DNA from: Mobula hypostoma
Taxonomy: Eukaryota
Length of the DNA: 64,000 nucleotides
Direction of reading: 5' to 3'
Assembly (NCBI RefSeq): GCF_963921235.1
Contig: NC_086108.1
Location: 19,530,001-19,594,000, forward strand
Below, piece after piece: positions 38,770 through 52,574 of this stretch. Position numbers and translations under genes: made by a program. A model generated the notes under the pieces. It was given only the letters and a program-made list of their open reading frames with translations. It ran no database searches and was not told the origin of the DNA. Within the stretch, counting starts at the first letter, position 1; each line of letters opens with the position of its first letter.

Positions 38770-39215
38770 AACCTTTCCCACATACCTATCTTTTCCTCCT
38801 TCTTCTCACTTCATGCCTCTTCTTTTCCCTCTGATTGCATTTCTCTCTCTTCACCACAAATTCCCGTCCTTTCTTTCCCTCCCCATCTATCCATTTTCAT
38901 CCATCCCTCTCTCTACAACTCTCTGTCTCAATCCTCAGCTTCCTTGCTCTCTCAATGACTTTCTTTCCCTTCCCTGGATTTCACCATTTCATCCTTCTTT
39001 GATCTGTCTCATCAACCCACCTCTCCCCATCCCTCCCTCTCTCTCCTCAGATCTGCCTCTCAACTTTTCCACAACTCTTTATTTCATCCTTCCTCCCTTC
39101 CTCTTGCCTTTTTTCCCTTTCCTCCTCCCTCTCTCCAGACTCTTCCTCACTCACCTCCCCTGACTCTCTCTCCTCATTCCTTCTTCTGTCTTTTTTGCAT
39201 CTCCTCCAAACTTCT
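38770..39215. repeat. Polypyrimidine low-complexity tract
   Basis: Direct reading. Confidence 0.8.
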
Positions 39216-39420
39216 CCGGAAGTTGCACAGAAGATTCAATCCACCAAGAGGTACGATGGACACAGACTTCAACATGCAATAAATCTGTGAAAAATGTCAT
39301 GAGTAGTACAAGCCACTGTACAATCATTCATCAACCTTACAAAATCCATCTGCTCTATCAACCAGAGAGGGATAATGAAGAATCCTTCCCAAATTTGACT
39401 GTACTTCTCAAATTTACTCA

Positions 39421-40012
39421 GAAGTGGAGAGAGTGAGCAGTTTCAAGTTCCTGGGTGTCAAGATCTCTGAGGACCTAACCTGGTCCTGACATATCAATGT
39501 AGTTATAAAGAAGGCAAAACAGTGACTATACTTCATTAGGTTTGAAGCAATTTGGTAAGTCAACAAAAACACTCAAAAACTTCAATAGCTGTACCATGGA
39601 GAGCATTCTGACAGGCTGCATCACTGTTTGGTATGGGGGAGGGGGCTACTGCACAGGACCGAAAGGGTCGTAAATTTAGTCAGCTCCATTCTGGGTACTA
39701 GCCGACAAAGCACCCAGGACATCTTCAAGGACCGGTGTCTCAGAAAGGCAACGTCCATTATTAAGGACCTCCAGCACCCAGGGCATGCTCTTTTCTCAGT
39801 GTTACCATCAGGTAGGAGGTACAGAAGCCTGAAGGCACACACTCAGCGATTCAGGAATAGCTTCTTCCCTTCTGCCATCTGATTCCTAAATGGACATTAA
39901 ACCCATAAACACTACCTCACTTTTTAAATGTACATTATTTCTGTTTTTGCATGATTTTTAATTTATTCAATATGTGTATACTGAAATTTTTTCATTTATT
40001 TATTTTCCTTCT
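39421..40012 (+). mobile_element. Rex1/Babar-like LINE 3' end (tail resumes at 44064-44140)
   Basis: ORF 39628..39882 (HPGHALFSVLPSGRRYRSLK...RFRNSFFP). Confidence 0.85.
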
Positions 40013-40199
40013 ACTTTACAAAAGCAGTTGTACAAATGGTGTACAAAGGCTGTTGAAAATCTTGTCAAGAAGAAAAGAAAAGCTTATGAAAGGTTCAAAA
40101 AACTAGGTATGATAGAGATCTAGAAGATTATAAGGCTAGCAGGAAGGAGCTGAAGAAAGAAATTAGGAGAGCCAGAAAGAGCCATGAGAGGGCTTTGGC

Positions 40200-41717
40200 T
40201 GTCATGGTCCAGTCCGTGAAATCTGCATTCAGGTTCATGGTCCGGTCCGTGAAAGCTGCATTCAGGTTCACAGTCCGGTCCATGCTCCTTATTCCAGGTT
40301 TTCCAGTTTTCCCCAGTTTCTGTTGAGGCAGCTGATTCTCATTTGGGCTGGCTTCATAAATACCTTCAGGATTCAGCCTCTGGCTGCTGGATTGTTCCTG
40401 TTCTCACCCCGTCTGAATCCCTTCTTTGCCCCTTCCTCCTGAAGTCCTGCCATGCCCCTGCAACCTGCATCTGAAGCCTTGCCTTGCCTCGTCTGAAGCC
40501 AAGCCAAGCCTTGCCTTGCCCGTAACCCTCGCCTGTGCCGCTGTCAATTTCAATTGCCAGAGCAAGATAAGGAACTGTCTATCGTTGTTTTGAACTGTCT
40601 CTGTGTCCATGCCTTCACTAGGTAGGTCCGGCTGTTTGCCACTACCAAGTGTTGGGAACTGTCTGTATCCACGCCTTCGCTTCGTAGGTCCGGCCGTTTG
40701 CCGCTACCTAGTGTTGGGAACCATCTGTGTCCATGCCTTCGCTAGGTAGGTCTGGCCATCCGCTGCTACCTTGTGTTGGGAACTGTCTTGTCTGTGTAAT
40801 GAGTTCCGGCCCTACGTCCTGTACTCAAGGAGGGGTCCTGACACTGTGTTCTGTGTCTGAATCCTGACCCTATGTCCTGTTTCCAAGGAGGGGTCCTGAC
40901 ACTGTTCTGTGGCTGAATCCTGACCCTATGTCCTGTTTCCAAGGAGGGGTCCTGGCTCTGTGTTCCATATTCCTGTCTCTCCCTCGACCAAGGCTCTGCG
41001 TTCCTGTCTCTGCCTTGACCTAGTCAAGGCTTCGGGGTCTCGTCCAGTCCTAGCCACAAACCAAGAACCTTGTCCTGTCCAAGCCATGCTTTGTGTTCTC
41101 ATCTTGTCCATGTGTCTCGCCCAGCCCAGGAGTACCTTGCACAGCCCGGTGCTGGGGTTCCCTCGTCCTGTCCAGGAGTCTCACTTCCTGTCCTGCAGCC
41201 ACGTCTTGTCCTCGCCTAGTTCTGGAGATCGAGCCCGAGTCAAGTCCCAGGTTTTGGGTCCTTGCCCAGTCTCTGGCTCGGAATCCATACCCAAGCCTCG
41301 TCACGTCTTCACCTGGTCTCCAGGAACCCAAGCCTCGTCACGTCTTCGCCTGGTCTCCAAGAACCCAAGCCTCGTCACGTCTTCGCCTGGTTTCCAGGAA
41401 CCCAAGCTTCGTCACGTCTTCGCCTGGTCTCCAGGAACCCAAGCCTCGTCACGTCTTTGCCTGGTTTTGGGGTCCGAGCCTGAATCAAGACCCACGTTCT
41501 GGGTCCTTGTCCAGTCTCTGGCTCGAAGTCCATGCCCAGGCTCCTTGTTTCCAGTCCCTTGTCCTGGTCCTGCTCCCCTAGCCTAGTCTGTGTTCCTGTC
41601 CCAACTCCTAGTCTGCGTCCTGTCCTGTCATTTAGTTTTGTCCGTTCCTGTTCCTAGTACTTCAGTGTCTGTGTCTTGCAATTGTGTCCACCGCTCCCAG
41701 CGCCCCACATTATGACA
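40200..41717. mobile_element. 1.5-kb solo LTR with internal tandem repeats
   Basis: TGTCAT...ATGACA termini; 5-bp TSD TTGGC at 40195-40199 and 41718-41722. Confidence 0.85.
41290..41466. repeat. 37-bp minisatellite, ~4.8 copies
   Basis: CCCAAGCCTCGTCACGTCTTCGCCTGGTCTCCAGGAA starting at 41290, 41327, 41364, 41401 and 41438. Confidence 0.95.
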
Positions 41718-42885
41718 TTGGCGGACAGGATTAAGGAAACTCCCAAGGCATTCTACAAGTATGTGCAAAGCAAGAGGATAAGATGTGAAAGAACAGAACC
41801 AACCAAGTGTGACAGTGGAAAAGTGTGTATGGAACTGGAGGACATAGCAGAGATACTTAATGAACACTTTGCTTCAGTATTCACTACGAAAAGGATCTTG
41901 GCGATTGTAGAGATGATTTATAGCGGATTGAAAAGCTTGAGCATATAGACATTAAGAAAGAGGATGTGCTGGAGCTTCTGGAAAGCATCAAGTTGGATAA
42001 GTCTCTGGGACCAGACGAGATGTACCCAAGGCTACTGTGGGAGGCGAGGGAGGAGATTGCTGTGCCTCTGGCAATGATCTTTGCATCATCAATGGGAATG
42101 GAGAGGTTCCGGAGGATTGGAGGGTTGTTCCTTTATTCAAGAAAGGGAGTCGAGATAGCCCAAGAAATTATAGACCAGTGAGTCTCACTTCAGTGGTTGG
42201 TAATATGATGGAAAAGATTCTGAGAGACACAATTTATGAACATTTGGAGAGGTATAATATGATTAGGGGTAGTCAGCATAGCTTTGTCAAAGCAGGTCGT
42301 GCCTTACGAGCCTAATTGAATTTTTTGAGGATGTGACTAAATGCATTGATGAAGGTAGAACAGTTGATGTAGTGTATATGAATTTCAGCAAGGCATTTGA
42401 TAAGGTACCCCATACAAGGCTTATTGAGAAAGTAAGGAGGCATGGGATCCAAGGGGACCTTGCTTTGTGGATCCAGAACTGGCTTACCTACAGAAGGCAA
42501 AGAGTAGTTGTAGATGGGTCATATTCTGCATGCAGGTCGGTGATCATGGTGTGCCTCAGGGATCCGTTCTGGGACCCCTCTCTTTGTGATTTTTATAAAT
42601 AACCTGGATGATGAAGTGGAGGAATGGGTTAGTAAATTTGCTGATGACACAAAGGTTGGGGGTGTTGTGGATAGTGTGGAGGGTTGTCAGAGGTTACAGT
42701 GGCTCATCGATAGGATGCAAAACTGGGCTGAGAAGTGGCAGATGGAGTTCAACCCAGATAAGTGTGAGGTAGTTCATTTTGGTAGGTCAAATATGATGGC
42801 AGATTATAGAATTAATGGTAAGACTCTTGGCAGTGTGGAGGATCAGAAGGATCTTGGGGTCTGAGTCCATAGGACACTCAAAGAT

Positions 42886-43412
42886 TGTTAAGGATCCAGC
42901 CTGAACACTGGGTCGAAGGGCCTCTGCTGGTAGCTCTGGATCACAACAGTCTTTAATTTCTGTTTTCTTTCACCAAGCCATGGGGGTTCTGGACCAGCCC
43001 CTTTTCCTTTTTGGACTTCCTCCAATTACCTGCTTGTCTCCTCAATTGCACCCATCTGTTTCTAATTTTCACTCATTACCCTGTCCATTTAAACCCTGCC
43101 TTGACTAGCATTCTCTGCCAGTTCATCCCCGTTCTGACCTGTGTCATTCTAGCCTGTCACTGTGACTTCTGTCAACCGATTTTGCCTGATTCTGTGTTTT
43201 GGATTTTGCCCGTTCTTGGACCTGATTTTTGCCTGTGCGCTCTGGATTGTCTGCCCTCGCTTGACTGCCTTTCCTGGTAAGACCTCTGCCTGCCATTTCG
43301 GAGTCGTGCGTGCCTTCTGTCTTTGAAAGACTGCTGCCTTTGTGCTCCCTAATGAATCCTGGTGGAAAAAGTATTCATTGGTCTGCACTTGAGTCCCCAC
43401 CGTAACCCGACA
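42886..43412. mobile_element. Solo LTR (527 bp)
   Basis: TG...CA termini; 5-bp TSD AAGAT at 42881-42885 and 43413-43417. Confidence 0.85.
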
Positions 43413-45199
43413 AAGATGTTGCGCAGGTTGACTCTATGGTTGAGAAGGCATACGGTGCATTGGCCTTCATCAACCACGGGATTGAGTTTAAGAGCCGAGA
43501 GGCAGTGTTACAGCTTCATAGGACCCTGATCAGATCCCACTTGTTGTACTGTGCTCAGTTCTGGTCATCTAACTACAGGAAGGAGGTGGAAACTATAGAA
43601 AGGGTGCAGAGGAGATTTACAATGATGTTGCCTGGATTGGGGGGCATTCCTTTTGAGAATAGGTTGAGTGAACTTGGCCTTTTCTCCTTGGAGTGGCAGA
43701 GGATGAGAGGTGACCTGACAGAGGTATATAAGATGATGAGTGGCATTAATTGTGTGGATAGTCACAGGGCTGAAATGGCTAACACGAGTGGGCACAGTTT
43801 TAAGGTGCTTGGAAGTAGGTACAGAGGAGATGTCAGGGGTAAGTTTTTTTACACAGAGTGGTGAGTGTGTGGAATAGGCTACCAGCAATGGTGGTGGAGG
43901 CAGATATGATGGGGTCTTTTAAGAGACTCCTGGATAGGTACATGGTGCTTTGAAAAATAGAGGGCTATGGGTAACCCTAGGTAATATTTAAACTAAGTAC
44001 ATGTTTGGGACATCATTGTGGGCCAAAGGGCCTGTACTGTGCTGTAGGTTTTCTATGTTTCTATTATGTATTGCATTGAACTGCTGCTGCTGTTAACAAA
44101 TTTCACGACGCATGCTGGTGTTAATAAACCTGATTCTGATTTATTAACATAAAGCTATTATCCATCGAGAAGACTAAATGCAAAGCAGACTGATGTCAAC
44201 CAAAACTGTGTCAGAGACAGCCCTCTTCTCAATCTTCTTTGCTGCAATACTGCACCTGTCATCTAAAAACGTTCCTGCTGAAATGAATTGAATTTGGAAG
44301 ATGCATATGTCGCGTACCTCCAGAAATTTAGTATCACTCAATATGGCTCTGCTACATTGTTTAGCAGATAATGCTGTTTCATTAAACTGCTCATTGGCAA
44401 TATCCCTCCATTCCCTGTCTGTTCATGTGTCCCAAGTACCTCTTAAACGTTGCTATCACATCTGCTTCCACCACTTCCCCACAGCACATTCGACTAATCT
44501 CTGTGTAAAAGAAATGTCCTATGTGTCCCCTTCAATCTTTTCTCCTCTCGCCTTAAAGCTATGTTCTCAAGAATGTGACACTTCTACCTCGGAAGAGATA
44601 TCTACCCTTTTTGTGCCTTTCATAATTTTACATATTTCACCCTCGGCCTCTTACACTCAAAGGAAAACAATTGAAATTTTCCAACCTTTCCTTGTAGCTA
44701 ATACTCACCTAGCCTTGTAAGTCCTGCCAAACCTCTCCTGCACCATCTTCAAAACCTCCACATCTTCCCTGCAGTGGCGTGACCAGAATTGCAAACAGTG
44801 CTCCAAACGTGGCCTACCTAATGTTCTATACAGCTGCAACGTGACTTCCCAACTTTTATGCTCAGTTCCCAAAAAATGAAGGCAAGAAGACCATACGCCT
44901 TCTTTACCATCAAACTTTCTTGAGTTGCTTCTTCTGGGAACAATCAATTTGCCCTCCAAGATTCCTTTGTGCATCAACATTCCTGTAGGTCCCTCCATTT
45001 ATTGTGTACTTTCCTTTTGCACTTGCACATCCACCACCCCCCCCCCCCAACGTGCAGCAGCTCACACTTTGCATTGCAGGTATTGAGTGTAAATCCCATT
45101 CTGTTATATGCTTAATGGATTGCAAAGATCAAAAACAGAACAGGGCTGCACAGGAACAGGCCCTTTGCCCCATGATATCTGTGTCGAACATAGTATAGA

Positions 45200-46220
45200 C
45201 TCTCTTGTGTTTAGGCAACCACTCCTTTTCCTTGTTTTTCCCCCGCTCTTCCCTCCTCTTACTCACTTCTCATGCTCCAGTCCTCCCATTTTCTATCCTC
45301 TCCCAACCCCCCCCACAGCTATCTTTGTCCACACCCTCTTCCGCCATCCACCCACTTCACACAGAGATTTCCCCCCCCCAACCCCCCACCTCCCATCTGG
45401 TTCCAACTTTTGTTCATCTCTCCATTCTCCTCTAATGGTTCTCATTCACACCTCCTTTTCATATCAGAATCCAGCACAATCTTCCTCCTGCAACTGTGTC
45501 CCATCTTCACAATTCCCCCCCCCCACCTTGCTCCATCTGTTATGTTGCTGTCTTCCTCCACCCTACCCCCCTCTTTGTCTGCATCCATCTATCATTCGCC
45601 AACTGCAGTCTTTGAACTCACCTTCCCTACCTGGCACCACTTCTCATCTTACACCCCTCCTCGGTCCACAAACCCCTCGGGGTTCTTTCCTGCCACTCCC
45701 CTTCTCCCCTCTATACTGGCCATCTTGCCTCTCCACTCTCAGTCCTAATGCAGGCTTTTGACCCAAGAGGTCAACAGTTTATTTCCTTCTACAGATGCTG
45801 CCTGACCCATTGAGTTCTTCCAGCAGATTCTCTGTTGATCCTGGTATACCTTTACCTTTTCCAAAGCGTCCACATCTTTTCTGTATAACACGTACTAAAT
45901 TCTGGATGAACTCAACAAGCCAGGCAACATCCATTGAGGGGAACAGACAATCAATGTTTTCGGCTGTGGCGCTTCATCAGGACTGATGAAGCCTAGATCC
46001 CGCCTGATACTCCTGATGAAGGATCTCGGCCCGAAACATCGACTGTACCTCTTCCTAGAGATGCTGCCTGGCCTGCTGTGTTCACCAGCAACTTTGATGT
46101 GTGTTGCTTGAATTTCCAGCATCTGCAGAATTCCTTGTGTTTACTGCCTGATTTACTGATTTCCTCCAGTGTTTTGTGTGTGTTACTCAAGATTTCCAGC
46201 ATCTGCAGAATCTTTTGTTT
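45200..46220. mobile_element. Cluster of PLE 3' ends in both orientations
   Basis: Pyrimidine-rich UTR; hammerhead-like motifs at ~45741 (+), ~45950-45985 (-) and ~46010-46045 (+). Confidence 0.75.
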
Positions 46221-46780
46221 TTATCATATTGTTCCAGTAATGGGACCAGAAACTCATCCAAAGAGCTGAGAGCCAAGTCCCTGATCTTTCACAAACTCAA
46301 GCATTAGTTGTGCATTACATCTCAAATACTGGACTTCGAGCAACCTTGGTTCTGGGCTGCAGGCGCTATTGATTGAAGAGTTTCTTATTAATTCTGTGAA
46401 TGAACTCGACTCCAGCATGAAGTCTGATAAAGGTGAGGTGAATGATTGCAGACAAAAACATGGGAAATGTATTGGGGCTGTGTTATAACCTGGTATGAAA
46501 TTGGCCTTCATTGAGATTAGCCTTGTTGGAGACTTGCTGGTTCATATGCTAGTTTAAGCAAGCCTAAAACAGAAACATTTTTTGGGATCATTTTGTGAGG
46601 TCTGTTCCACTCCTTCCAAGTTGATGCAGTCAAGGAGTCCAAAGATAATAGTTCGTACTGCTCCCCCTGTATTTCTCTGGGTGTTGTGTCCACTGTGTCC
46701 CTAATTGGACGGTATGCACACTTCTCCAAAGCAGACTTGTAACACTGGTCCCTGAGACTCAGTAAAGAAACTCATACATT

Positions 46781-46783
<3 letters not shown>

Positions 46784-46847
<64 letters not shown>
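46784..46847. repeat. (CA)n microsatellite
   Basis: Direct reading. Confidence 0.97.
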
Positions 46848-46851
<4 letters not shown>

Positions 46852-48189
46852 CAACCTCCCTGGGGAGTTTTGTGACCCAAAGCATCAAAAACAATACAGA
46901 AAAATCAGAATCATAGATATGTGTACAAACTGTAATTATAATGTTCTGACTCAGCTTGCCTTGATTTATTGACAATGGACAGTGCACTTACAAAGGACAA
47001 ATGTACATACAGATGTTCAGGAAACATCTGCCAAGGTGAAAAAGGATCTAGTGTTTTCCCTGCGTATGTGATGAATAAACTCTTCTCTGGCTTCCAGCCA
47101 GGTACGGGTATTGATTATAACTGATAATTGATATCTGTACCTGACTGGAAATCCGAGGAGAGTTTATTCATCTACCAAACGTGCAGATGAGAAAACACAT
47201 ATCGTCACTACTTGTGGGATGATGTGCTTGCACTTGAGAAAAGGGAGAGAAGGAGGAAGGGATCAGTGATAGGAATTTACAAAAAGGCTTCATGGGAAAT
47301 TTAAGGCTGGTGAGATTCTTTAGAAGCAGCCATTTGGGGGAAGAAATATTTGGAATACACAGGTATGGTAGAGCAGTGGGGCTAGCATGGTTCAGGAAAG
47401 AACCCAAAAGAGTAGCCAGTGATGACACATCCTTAGCATGGTTGTGTAGAGAGGCTCCTGGATGAGCAATGGCACCATTGACCAAAATGCACGCATGAGG
47501 CCCTGCATTGGTTGAATTATTGCATCCTTGCCATCCATAATATACGCAAACCAGTGGAGTACAATATGGAGAGCAAGCTGTTGCCCCATGCAGCAGGCTC
47601 CCCCCCCCCCCTCTGTGCAGCTGATGAATCCAAAGGATTGGCAGAGACCAATATAGTTTGTATTAAAAGCACTTAATTAAAAACATTACTCAGGTGAGGA
47701 ATGTCTGAACAATAAGGTCAAAGACGGAGGGTTCTGGCCGGATGTGGTGAAATGTAATGGTAGAAACATGTATCAAGCTTTTTCCAATATGCTTTGATTC
47801 AGTTTGCTTGGTTTCACCCTGCTTTTAACCTTTTGCATCACTGCTGCTCCCCAGTTTCAATTCTTGTATCTGATGTTTGAGCAGTTCCCTGGTTGAATTC
47901 ATCGATTGTGCACTGCTGTCCAAGGAATTCCACAATGTTAATCCTGGTTTTATTCAATGAGAATGCTGTTCTCTGGCTTCATTCAATATTTGTCTTGTTC
48001 CCTGGTTTGAAACACAATCTTTGATGTTCCCAGGCTGAAATCAGTCTGTGTGCAGATACCAAGTTGAACTGGGTGTCTAATTCCCAGAACTGTTTCAGTG
48101 TGCTCTGCTGCTGCTTTGTTTGCGCTGTTGGCTGTTCCCTGTTTTGATTCCGGGGTGCCTGGGGGCAACTCGTGTAGCAGCAGAACTCT

Positions 48190-51100
48190 CAATGGATATG
48201 ATTAAATATTCCCATCTCAGCCTGATGCAACTAAAAAGCACAACTGCTTCCAAGGTCAGTACTGTCAACAAAGATGACTTAATGCATTTAAACGAACTAT
48301 TGCTGCTTAAAACTGACAGAAACAATGCTGATTGGGGAGAGATTTGTCCTCTTAGGATTCCACAGAGGAAACATGGCTACAGGTCAGGGATACAAGTGCA
48401 ATTAAGGAAACGGGGTTTTAAACTCCCAATACCGACTCTGTTGCTGGCAAATGTGCAGCCTCTGGTAAATAAAATCAATGATCTCAGAGCTAGGGTGCTG
48501 AATCAGAGGGACTTGAGGACCGTGTGTGTCCTTTGTTTCATGGAATCCTGCTAAACGTCTTCTGTACCGGATGCAGCGATTCAGATCGATGGGTCAGGTT
48601 AGATCTATAGCATCTCTCAAAAGCAGAGGTGGAGGAGTATGCCTCATGATCAACTCTTCTTGATGCACAAACATATCAATGCTGTCCCAATTTTGCTCAC
48701 CAAACCTGGAATATCTGAGTTAAGTGCTGCCCTTTTTACCTACTGCGGGAGATTTCCATGATCATTTTGGTAGCAGTATATAATCCACCTCAGGCCAATG
48801 TCGGTCAGGCTTTAGATGATCTGAACAATGGGATCAACATGCACGAAACAGCACACCCTAATGCCTTCACTATCGTTTTGGGGGATTTTAATCAGGCCAG
48901 TCTGGAAAAAATCACTAAGCAATCAGAATCAACAGATCACTTGCAATACCAGAGGAAGCAACACACTGGACCATTGCTACACCATCAAGAATGCCTTCCC
49001 CCGGGATCAATAAAGTATGACTATGACTATGACTACCACACTATTCCATGCCCTCACTTCGAGAAGTCTGATCACCTGGCTGTACTTCTACTCCCTGAGT
49101 ATAGGCAGAGACTGAAGACTGCAGCACCAGCAGTGAGGACCAAGAAGGTATGAACAAGGGATGCACAGGACCGCTTACAGGACTGCTTTGAATTGGTGGA
49201 CTGGACTGTATTCAGGGATTCATCTTCAAATCTGGATGAATATGCTGCAGATGTTACCAACTTCATTAAAACCTGTGTGGATGAGAGTGTGCCTACAAAG
49301 ACTTATTATACATTCCTAAACCAAAAGCCGTGGATGAACCAGGAGGTATGTCGTCTGCTGAAGGCCAGATCTGTGGCATTCAAGTCTGGCGACCCAGGTC
49401 TGTACCAGAAAACCAGGTATGGTTTGTGGAGGGCTATTTCAAGGGCGAAGAAACAATTTCAAATGAAGTTGGAGGCAACATCGGATGTACGACAACTCTG
49501 GCAGGGTTTGCAGGACATTATTTCCAACAAAGTGAAACCCAATAGCATGAATGGCAGAGATGCTTCACTACCAGATGAACTCAATGTCTTCTATGCCCAC
49601 TTTGAAAGGGAGAACACAACTACAACTGTGAAGATCCCTGCTGCATCTGATGACCCTGTGATCTCTGTCTCAGAGGCTGATGTTAGGCTGCCTTTAAAGA
49701 GAGTGAACGCTTACAAGGCCGAAGGTCCTGATGGAGTACCTGGTAAGGCCCTGTAAACCTGTGCCAACCAACTAGCAGGAGTTTTCAAGGATATTCTCAA
49801 CCTCTCTCTGCTACAGGCAGAAGTTCCCACTTGCTTCAAAAAGGCAATTATACCGGTGCCTAAGAAGAATAATGTGGTCTGCCTCAATGACTATTGCCCG
49901 GTAGCACTCACATCTACAGTGATGAAATGCTTTGAGAGGTTGGTCATGACTGGGCTGAACTCCTGCCTCAGCAAGGACCTGGACCCATTGCAATTTGCCT
50001 ATCGCTACGATAGGTCAATAGCAGGTGCGATGTCAATGGCTCTTCACACGGCTTTAGACCACCTGGACAACACAAACACCTATGTCAGGATGCTGTTCAT
50101 CGACTGTAGCTCAGCACTTAATACCATCATTCCCACAATCCTGATTGAGAAGTTATAGAACCTGGGCCTCTGTACCTCCCTCTGCAGTTGGATCCTCAAC
50201 TTCCAAACCAGGAGACCACAATCTGTGTGAATTGGTGATAACATCTCCTCCTCACTGATGGTCAACACTAGTGCACCTCAGTGGTGTGTGTTTAGCCCAC
50301 TGCTCTACTCTCTCTATACCCATGACTGGCTAGGCATAAATTTGCTGATGATGCAACCATTGTTGGTAGAATCTCAGATGGAGACAAGAGGGCATACAGA
50401 AGCAAGATATTGCCAACTAGTGGTGTGGTGTCACAGTAACAACCTGGCACTCAACGTCAGTAAGATGAAAGAGCTGATTGTGGATTTCTGGAAGGATAAA
50501 ACAAACTACTTCTTACCAATCCTCATAGAGGGTTCAGAAGTGGAGAAGGTGAGCAGTTTCAAGATCTCTGAGGACCTAACCTGGTCCCAACATATTGATG
50601 CAGTTATAAAGAAGGCATGACATCGGGGGTGGGAAAAATGCTAGAGTCAGTTATCAAAGATGTGATAACAGCGCATTTGGAAAGCAGTGAAATCATTGGA
50701 CAAAGTCAGCATGGATTTGTGAAAGAAAAATCATGTCTGAGGAATCTCATAAAATTTTTTGAGGATGTAACCAGTAGAGTGGATAGGGGAGAACCAGTGG
50801 ATGTGGTATATTTGGATTTTCAAAAGGCTTTTGACGAGGTCCCACACAGGTGATTGGTGTGCAAACTTAAAGCACACGGTATTGGGGGTAAGGTATTGAT
50901 GTGGATAGAGAATTGGTTAGCAGACAGGAAGCAAAGAGTGGGAATAAACGGGACCTTTTCAGAATGGCAGGCAGTGACTAGTGGGGTACCGCAAGGCTCA
51001 GTGCTGGGACCCCAGTTGTTTACAATATATATTAATGACTTAGACGAGGGAATTAAATGCAGCATCTCCAAGTTTGCGGATGACACAAAGCTGGGCGGCA

Positions 51101-52520
51101 GTGTTAGCTGTGAGGAGGATGCTAAGAGGATGTAGGGTGACTTGGATAGGTTAGTTGAGTGGGCAAATTCATGGCAGATGCAATTTAATGTGGAAAAATG
51201 TGAGGTTATCCACTTCGGTGGCAAGAACAGGAAAACAGATTATTATCTGAATGGTGGCCAATTAGGAAAAGGGGAGGTGCAACGAGACCTGGGTGTCATT
51301 ATACACCAGTCATTGAAAGTGGGCATGCAGGTACAGCAGGCGGTGAAAAAGGCGAATGGTATGCTGGCATTCATAGCAAGAGGATTCAAGTACAGGAGCA
51401 GGGAGGTACTACTGCAGTTGTACAAGGCCTTGGTGAGACCACACCTGCAGTATTGTGTGCAGTTTTAGTCCCCTAATCTGAGGAAAGATGTTCTTGCCAT
51501 AGAGGGAGTACAAAGAAGGTTCACCAGATTGATTCCTGGGATGGTAGGACTTTCATATGATGAAAGACTGGATTGACTAGGCTTATACTCACTGGAATTT
51601 AGAAGATTGAGGGGGGATCTTATTGAAATGTATAAAATCCTAAAGGATTGGACAGGCTAGATGCAGGAAGATTGTTCCCGATGTTGGGGAAGTCCAGAAC
51701 GAGGGGTCACAGTTTGAGGATAAAGGGGAAGCCTTTTAGGACTGAGATTAGGAAAAACTTCTTCACACAGAGAGTGGTGAATCTGTGGAATTCTCTGCCA
51801 CAGGAAACAGTTGAGGCCAGTTCATTGGCTATATTTAAGAGGGAGTTAGATATGGCCCTTATGGCTAAAGGGATTGAGGGTATGGAGAGAAGGCAGGTAC
51901 AGGGTTCTGAGTTGGATGATCAGCCATGATCATACTGAATGGTGGTGCAGGCTTGAAGGGCTGAATGGCCTACTCCTGCACCTATTTTCTATGTTTCTAA
52001 GACAGTGACTATACTTCATTAGGAGTCTGAAGAGATTTGGTATGTCAACAAATACACAAAAACTTCTATAGTTGTATCGTGAAGAGGGTTCTGATAGACT
52101 GCATCACTGTCTGGTATGGGGGGTGGGGGGGGGGGCTACTGCACAGGACCGAAAGAAGCTGCAGAGGGTTGTAAATTTAGTTGCCTCCATCTTGGGTACT
52201 AGCCTACAAAATACCCAGGACATCTTCAAGGAGTGGTGTCTTTAAGGACCTCCAGCACCCAGGCATGTCCTTTTCTCACTGGTACCATCAGGTAGGAGTT
52301 ACAGAAGCCTGAAGGCACACACTCAGCGATTCAGGAACAGCTTCTTCCCCTCTGCCATCCAATTCCTAAATGGACATTGAACCTGTGAATACTACCTCAG
52401 TTTTTTAATAGATATTATATCAGTATTTGCAAGATTTTTAATCTATTCAATATACGTATACTATAATTGATTTACTTATTTTGTTTTTCGCTACTATGTA
52501 TTGCATTGAACTGCTGCCGC
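48190..52520 (+). mobile_element. Near full-length Rex1/Babar-like LINE
   Basis: EN motifs LLANVQ.L.NK, LCF.ES, VYNPPQA, GDFNQA, LDHCY, SDH; RT motifs [41 protein letters not shown]. Confidence 0.88.
50617..51998 (+). mobile_element. 5'-truncated CR1 nested in Rex1
   Basis: ORFs 50617..50853, 50854..51135, 51142..51468, 51648..51929. Confidence 0.9.
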
Positions 52521-52539
52521 TAAGTCAACAAATTTCACG

Positions 52540-52574
<35 letters not shown>

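Larger units (their letters stand above)
40015..44063 (+). mobile_element. CR1 LINE ORF2 carrying two solo-LTR insertions
   Basis: RT pieces at 41720-42885 and 43418-44063. Confidence 0.88.

Noticed and set aside
41290..41466. 37-bp repeats resembling a CRISPR array
   Set aside because: Head-to-tail with no spacers, inside a eukaryotic LTR
45108..45761. Pro/Ser/Leu-rich ORFs (also 38753..39163, 40960..41586, 60011..60589)
   Set aside because: Low-complexity or repeat-derived open frames
47545..47660. Possible RTE LINE 5' fragment
   Set aside because: Only a vague resemblance from memory; no coding motif to support it
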